A stretch of DNA of 64,000 bases from contig LURN01000025.1 of assembly GCA_001628405.1 (NCBI GenBank), positions 120-64,119 on the forward strand. Direction: 5' to 3'. The number at the start of each line of letters is the position of its first letter. The first letter of the stretch is position 1. The notes under the pieces are model-generated. The model saw only the letters and a program-made list of their open reading frames with translations, did no database searches and was not told the origin of the DNA. The translations under genes were made by a program, and so were the position numbers. Source of the DNA: Candidatus Thioglobus sp. REDSEA-S12_B1. Its GTDB lineage: Bacteria > Pseudomonadota > Gammaproteobacteria > PS1 > Pseudothioglobaceae. Below are positions 59,730 through 64,000 of the stretch, in pieces.

Positions 59730-60672
59730 AAATCGCTACGACCTCATCAGTTAGTTTAAGTTTCTTAGAAATACCATCATAATGCATTTTTTTTGCCTTT
59801 ATGTCAACAGTACTTGACTGAAAATGACTGGGTGAATTCGACATAAAAATCTCACCGCCATTTGACTGATCAATCATCAAATCATAACTCTTAAGAGAGC
59901 TTCCAGACCCATCTAAAATATCAACATTACCAAGAAGTTTTGTGAGCTCAGAGTTCATATTGATATTGATACCGTTGTCAGCATTTACAACACTTTGATT
60001 TGAGCGATAGACAGTAGGCTCTTTACTGATATATTCTTTCATGCCATCTGCTTGATTAATAAATAAATCCTTAGTATTAATTGTTGCTCCCGTGTCTTGA
60101 AGAATCTGAACCTCTCCATTCAAATTCATTATGTCCTTATCAAGATTCATATCCATACCTTCAGCAATAATTTTTGCAGTTTCACCCAAATATACAATCT
60201 TCCGGTTACTATTGATTTGACCATCTTTGACAACCAGTAGCTCGGTATCAATCTCGTGTGAAATGCCACTGAGAGTTTTAATCTCCACCTCTCCAATAAA
60301 GTGAATCGAACCAGATTTGAAAATAACTGCACGATTAGACTTCAAAGTTAAACTCTCCTTTTGAAATTCATCAAAGGTAGTTACTTTTACAGTTTCTAGT
60401 TGAACTGGAGCATTCTTAAAACTTTTATATACATCTGCCTCAATAGTATGCAATAGTACCTGATCATTTGAATACTCTTTGATAATAAAATTATCTATTT
60501 TTTCGAGATATGGTGTATCTTTATCCTGAGTCTCGACCACGTCCACGTCAGAAGTGGTTTTTTTTAAGACAGAAATATTGACTATATTATCTTGAAATAT
60601 CCAAAGAATAGCTACCAAGACTATAATGAAAATTAGAAATGATTGAATTTTCTTAGTTTGAAAAAGTCCCAT
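59722..60672 (-). CDS. lptC: LptC-like LPS export protein, extended (316 aa)
   Basis: N-terminal TM anchor, then LptC-type beta segments repeated about three times; directly upstream of lptA. Confidence 0.75.
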   Translation of the reverse strand: MGLFQTKKIQSFLIFIIVLVAILWIFQDNIVNISVLKKTTSDVDVVETQDKDTPYLEKIDNFIIKEYSNDQVLLHTIEADVYKSFKNAPVQLETVKVTTFDEFQKESLTLKSNRAVIFKSGSIHFIGEVEIKTLSGISHEIDTELLVVKDGQINSNRKIVYLGETAKIIAEGMDMNLDKDIMNLNGEVQILQDTGATINTKDLFINQADGMKEYISKEPTVYRSNQSVVNADNGININMNSELTKLLGNVDILDGSGSSLKSYDLMIDQSNGGEIFMSNSPSHFQSSTVDIKAKKMHYDGISKKLKLTDEVVAIYE

Positions 60673-60675
60673 ACT

Positions 60676-61117
60676 ATGCTAAATCAAAGAATACAAGGGT
60701 TATACGGAATTACTCCAGACAAGGACCTTAATATCGACCTTATTGAGAATGCAATTAAAAAACATAATATCAAAATTCTCTCATGGGATTCACATTGGGC
60801 AATCTGACATAGATGCAAAATCCGCAAGAGAAATACTAGGAGATAAATATATTATTGGTGTGACTTGCCATAATAGCTTAGAGCTTGCTCTTGAGGCTGA
60901 ACTAAATGGTGCTAACTACATTGCTTTAGGAGCAGTCTTTAAATCAAGAAATAAGCCTGAGGCTATTCATTGTTCTCTTTCAAGAATCAAAGAAATTAAA
61001 AAAAATATTTCTATTCCTATAGTTGGTATTGGAGGTATAAATCTGAATAATCAACACCTTGTATATCAATCTGGATGTAGTTCAGTAGCGATGATTGACG
61101 GTCTTTTTATCAGTTAG
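60676..61117 (+). pseudogene. thiE: Thiamine-phosphate synthase with an internal deletion/frameshift at about 60780
   Basis: Frame from ATG 60676 gives MLNQRIQGLYGITPD...KKHNIKIL, stop at 60805; a second frame gives SHGIHIGQSD, GVTCHNS, YIALGAVF, VGIGGI; QxRxK and ND motifs are absent. Confidence 0.8.
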
Positions 61118-62093
61118 ATCTGTGGTTATCTTGATATGAATAACCGCCCATTAAACCTTTTTTTGAAAGAACCAATTGCCATAATTGATTTCTTCTTGCG
61201 CGAAAAGTGCCAGCACACATTAATAAATAATATTCCCACATGCGCTTGAATCTCTGATCATATTTATCTTTCAAGCTTTCATAATTTTTTTGAAAATTTT
61301 CATTCCAAGCCATAAGGGTTGGATCATAGTATTGTCCAAAATTATGCCAATCCTCTACAACAAATAAACCTTGTAAAGATTTACTTATCTGAGCAGGTGA
61401 AGGAATCATTCCATTAGGAAAGATATATTTGTTTGTCCATGGATCTGTTGATCTTGAAGGCGTATTTCTTCCAATGGTGTGAAGTAAGAAAAGCCCTTCA
61501 CCCTCTAAACATCTCTGAGCAACCTGCATATAATTTCTGTAGTTTTTGTATCCTACATGCTCAAACATTCCTATAGAAACGATAGCATCGTACTTTGTAT
61601 TCAACTCTCTATAGTCCTTCAGTTCAAATTTGGTCTCTAGGCCTATACAAGAGCGCTCTGCATAATCCATTTGCTCCTTGGAGACTGTCACTCCATGTTC
61701 CCAATAACCGCATGAGTAGTTCATTCCTTGATCAAGCATTAAGGAAAACAAATCATTACCCGTATCGTAATGCTCCTCACCAACTATATAAGCACGCTTC
61801 TTTGACTGAGCATTTAAAAAGTAGGCCTTTAAAACATGCGCAAGAAACGCAGGATTTTTAACTTTAACTTGTTTATCAATCCTACCCCGGAGCATTTGGT
61901 AACAAAATTGATCCAGTGATTCACAGTCCCACCAGCCATCCATGTAGCTTTCGCCAAGCCCTAACGACTTTCCAGATAGAACGCGCGAGTAAAAAAGTTC
62001 ATTATGTACTTGAATATCAAATGGACGAGAGCCATTAACTTGAATATCTACTGACTCTAATAGATCAGTTACTGTTTTTTTAAAATCGGCCAA
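61110..62093 (-). pseudogene. cfa: Cyclopropane-fatty-acyl-phospholipid synthase with an in-frame internal deletion (SAM-binding motif missing)
   Basis: LGLGESYMDGWW, HYDTGNDLF, YSCGYW, SIGMFEHVG, YIFPNG and RMWEYYL present; no LDIGCGWG between YSCGYW and GVTVS. Confidence 0.75.
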
Positions 62094-62181
62094 ATCTTAG
62101 AAATACCTTACCCCATTTCGAATAAATCTTACCATAGAACAAATCAATTTGGAAATGTCTCATAGTCAGATAAAATTTTGA

Positions 62182-62688
62182 TTAGGCTCTTGATTTAATA
62201 AGCGATATAACACTTAAAAAGAATATTACTAGAAACCAAATAAAAGACCACCCAGCCATGCTAAGACCTAAAAACTGCCATGGAATCTCTGCACAATTAC
62301 CATCGCCCATAAATAATGCATTTAATACATCAGCAAAAGGGAAAACATCAATAATGTATTCCAAAGGGGGGCCGCATAATGGGACCTCATCCTCTGGCAG
62401 TCCTTGCAACCAGATCTGACGACCAGAAATCCAAATTCCAGCTATAGCAAAAAGAGATATCAAAAGTGAATAGACTCTGCTTATAGTGACTCCCGGATTT
62501 TGAAGAAAAGATACAAAAGAGCTTATACCGATAAGACAATAAAAAAACTGCTGCGTAATGCATAGGGTGCATGGCTCAAGTCCTAAAATCTTCATACTGT
62601 AAGCCGCATAACCAAGAAGTGATCCAACAATTAGAAAAATAACTAAGTTAATTTGACGTGATGAAAAGCGGGCTATTGAATAACTCAT
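62182..62688 (-). CDS. dsbB: Disulfide bond formation protein B
   Basis: EPCTLC (CxxC), second Cys pair CGP...GNCAE, WQFLGLSMAGW; four TM segments. Confidence 0.92.
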   Translation of the reverse strand: MSYSIARFSSRQINLVIFLIVGSLLGYAAYSMKILGLEPCTLCITQQFFYCLIGISSFVSFLQNPGVTISRVYSLLISLFAIAGIWISGRQIWLQGLPEDEVPLCGPPLEYIIDVFPFADVLNALFMGDGNCAEIPWQFLGLSMAGWSFIWFLVIFFLSVISLIKSRA

Positions 62689-62703
62689 TTAAATTTCCTT
62701 AAT

Positions 62704-63288
62704 TTAATCTTTGCCATACCTAGCAACCCTCTCTGGGTCATCTAGCTTAGGTCTTGAGAAAAACTCATTAATCATCGGCACAAAAAACTCTAAAGGCTTT
62801 GATTCATAATTGGGGTCGAAGCAATTCTGGTCATAGACATGACAAAATTTTACTGCATCGTCATACCATGGATTGTCTGCAAACGCTTCTCTTGCATTTC
62901 TGTCTCCGCCAGAGAAGTGAGCGTAATAGTACATTTGAAAGACACCGTGGTGCTTAACAATCCAATATATTTTTTCGGATACAAAGGGCCTAAGAATAGC
63001 AGCAGCCATTTCAGAATGAGAATAGGGCGCAAGAGGGTCGCCAATGTCATGGAATAATACTGCCATCACCATTTCTAAGTCTTCTCCTGCCAAAAAAGCT
63101 CTAGTTGCTCCTTGAAGTGAGTGCTCTAATCGACTAATTTGATAACCTGACAGAGAACAATCTAGGGCTTTTAAGGCATCGATGAGACGCAAAGGTAAGT
63201 CTTGAACATACTGATTTTCAAGCTCATCAAGAAAGGCATACTCCTCTGACGTTCCATCCTCCATGCATATAAAATTAACTTTATCCAT
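62704..63288 (-). CDS. HD-domain protein, PhnZ/TmpB/MIOX-like putative diiron oxygenase
   Basis: RLEHSLQ, FHDIG, HSEMAA, KHHG and YDQ give the H-HD-H-H-D ligand pattern; start 63288 or 63297. Confidence 0.75.
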   Translation of the reverse strand: MDKVNFICMEDGTSEEYAFLDELENQYVQDLPLRLIDALKALDCSLSGYQISRLEHSLQGATRAFLAGEDLEMVMAVLFHDIGDPLAPYSHSEMAAAILRPFVSEKIYWIVKHHGVFQMYYYAHFSGGDRNAREAFADNPWYDDAVKFCHVYDQNCFDPNYESKPLEFFVPMINEFFSRPKLDDPERVARYGKD

Positions 63289-63315
63289 GGCTCTCATCTT
63301 ACAGTAATATTGATC

Positions 63316-63903
63316 CTAAATTCTTTTAGCGCTGTCCTTGATTAAACCTGAGACATAATGTGAAAATGAATGCCTAACCATCATAAAGACATTCTTTTTA
63401 TCACGATAAACAAAGACTGGTGCTTGCCCAAAAGTAGTTGAAACAGCTTTTCCATCTGTTAGAGCTCCCTCAAGATCATAGCTCATCCATCGACTTAAAA
63501 ATTCATTAGTTTTCGGTCCTTTAAACTCAAGAGTGCCATATGCAGCAGAATTATCAGTAATTGAGACTCCCAACGGTAGCTTGAAAAACTTCTGTTCTAT
63601 TTGATGCATTTGCGGAGAATTAAGTGAAACCCAAAACTCATCTGGACTGATCCAAAAGCACTTTAAATCGGCATCACCAGTTGTCATTTGTAATGTGCCT
63701 GGTAGCTCGATATTAAAAATGTCCTTTGCGGCTTTGATATTCTTTTTTGAGTCTTTAGATGTTCTTAGGATAAGCAGAGATTTGCCTGTAATTTCCTGAC
63801 AACTGATATCATCTTGATTAACTAAAAAACCTGCTTCATCAACAAGCGGATTAAAAGTTGATCTAAATTCTGGCTCTATATTTTCAATACTATTTTTACT
63901 CAT
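63316..63903 (-). CDS. soxG: Sarcosine oxidase subunit gamma family protein
   Basis: WISPDEFWV, DNSAAY, MVRHSFSHY; ATG 63903 overlaps the SoxA stop (ATGAGTAA). Confidence 0.85.
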   Translation of the reverse strand: MSKNSIENIEPEFRSTFNPLVDEAGFLVNQDDISCQEITGKSLLILRTSKDSKKNIKAAKDIFNIELPGTLQMTTGDADLKCFWISPDEFWVSLNSPQMHQIEQKFFKLPLGVSITDNSAAYGTLEFKGPKTNEFLSRWMSYDLEGALTDGKAVSTTFGQAPVFVYRDKKNVFMMVRHSFSHYVSGLIKDSAKRI

Positions 63904-64000
63904 TGCCATCGACCTTGTCACCATTAACATCATAAAAAATACTACTAGAAACTTCACACGGTATTTCTTTCAAACCTTGCTTTTCTTGAACTATCTTTAC
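63896..64000 (-). CDS. soxA: C-terminal end of sarcosine oxidase subunit alpha family protein, partial
   Basis: Hand translation ...VKIVQEKQGLKEIPCEVSSSIFYDVNGDKVDGNE*, matching the FYDxxG terminus; directly upstream of soxG. Confidence 0.7.
   Translation of the reverse strand, partial: VKIVQEKQGLKEIPCEVSSSIFYDVNGDKVDGNE

Noticed and set aside
60673-60742. TPP riboswitch upstream of the thiE ORF
   Set aside because: This stretch is the true thiE N-terminal coding sequence, and no TPP aptamer core (CTGAGA...) is present.
639-63057. The many 60-140 aa ORFs antisense or out of frame within real genes (e.g. 639..830, 1406..1660, 6530..7021, 16012..16365, 18590..18940, 40533..40907, 52442..52861, 62839..63057)
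   Set aside because: Each lies entirely or mostly within a well-supported gene and shows no family motif; they are expected shadow ORFs.
1-64000. CRISPR array, transposase, integrase, prophage or rRNA
   Set aside because: No regularly spaced direct repeats, no DDE or tyrosine recombinase motifs, no phage genes and no rRNA-like stretch were seen.

Overview
AT-rich, densely packed gammaproteobacterial chromosome segment. Gene content, compactness and low GC suggest a marine SUP05/Arctic96BD-19 (Ca. Thioglobus/Pseudothioglobus)-like organism; this is inference, not a database match. The left third is an accessory catabolic region. It holds a 17 kb inositol/cyclitol locus (ABC transporter, IolR, two different inositol dehydrogenases, IolE, IolD, IolA) that also carries a second lower pathway (IolB2, stand-alone IolC2, class II aldolase) and an unexplained Fe(II)/2-oxoglutarate dioxygenase. 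It is followed by a non-pyrrolysine MttB + dimethylglycine-dehydrogenase-like pair and a LysE-DMT-LysE exporter trio. The rest is mostly housekeeping (accA, tilS, priA, bioA, trpD, ispE, prs, rpoD, lpxB, lysA, leuB, cysS, PPi-PFK, adk, lptAC) with two tRNAs (Gln-TTG, Ile2-CAT), an OxyR/rubrerythrin/Fe-S oxidoreductase/DUF3501 stress module, and the end of a sarcosine oxidase operon followed by an HD-domain putative diiron oxygenase. Four coding segments missed by the ORF track were read by hand (ABC ATPase tail, LptM-like lipoprotein, rubredoxin, SoxA tail). Three genes (DUF6279 lipoprotein, thiE, cfa) show clean internal deletions that may be assembly artefacts. No CRISPR array, transposase or integrase was seen. 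The best candidate for an undescribed system is the dioxygenase-containing, doubled inositol locus, which may degrade a modified cyclitol.
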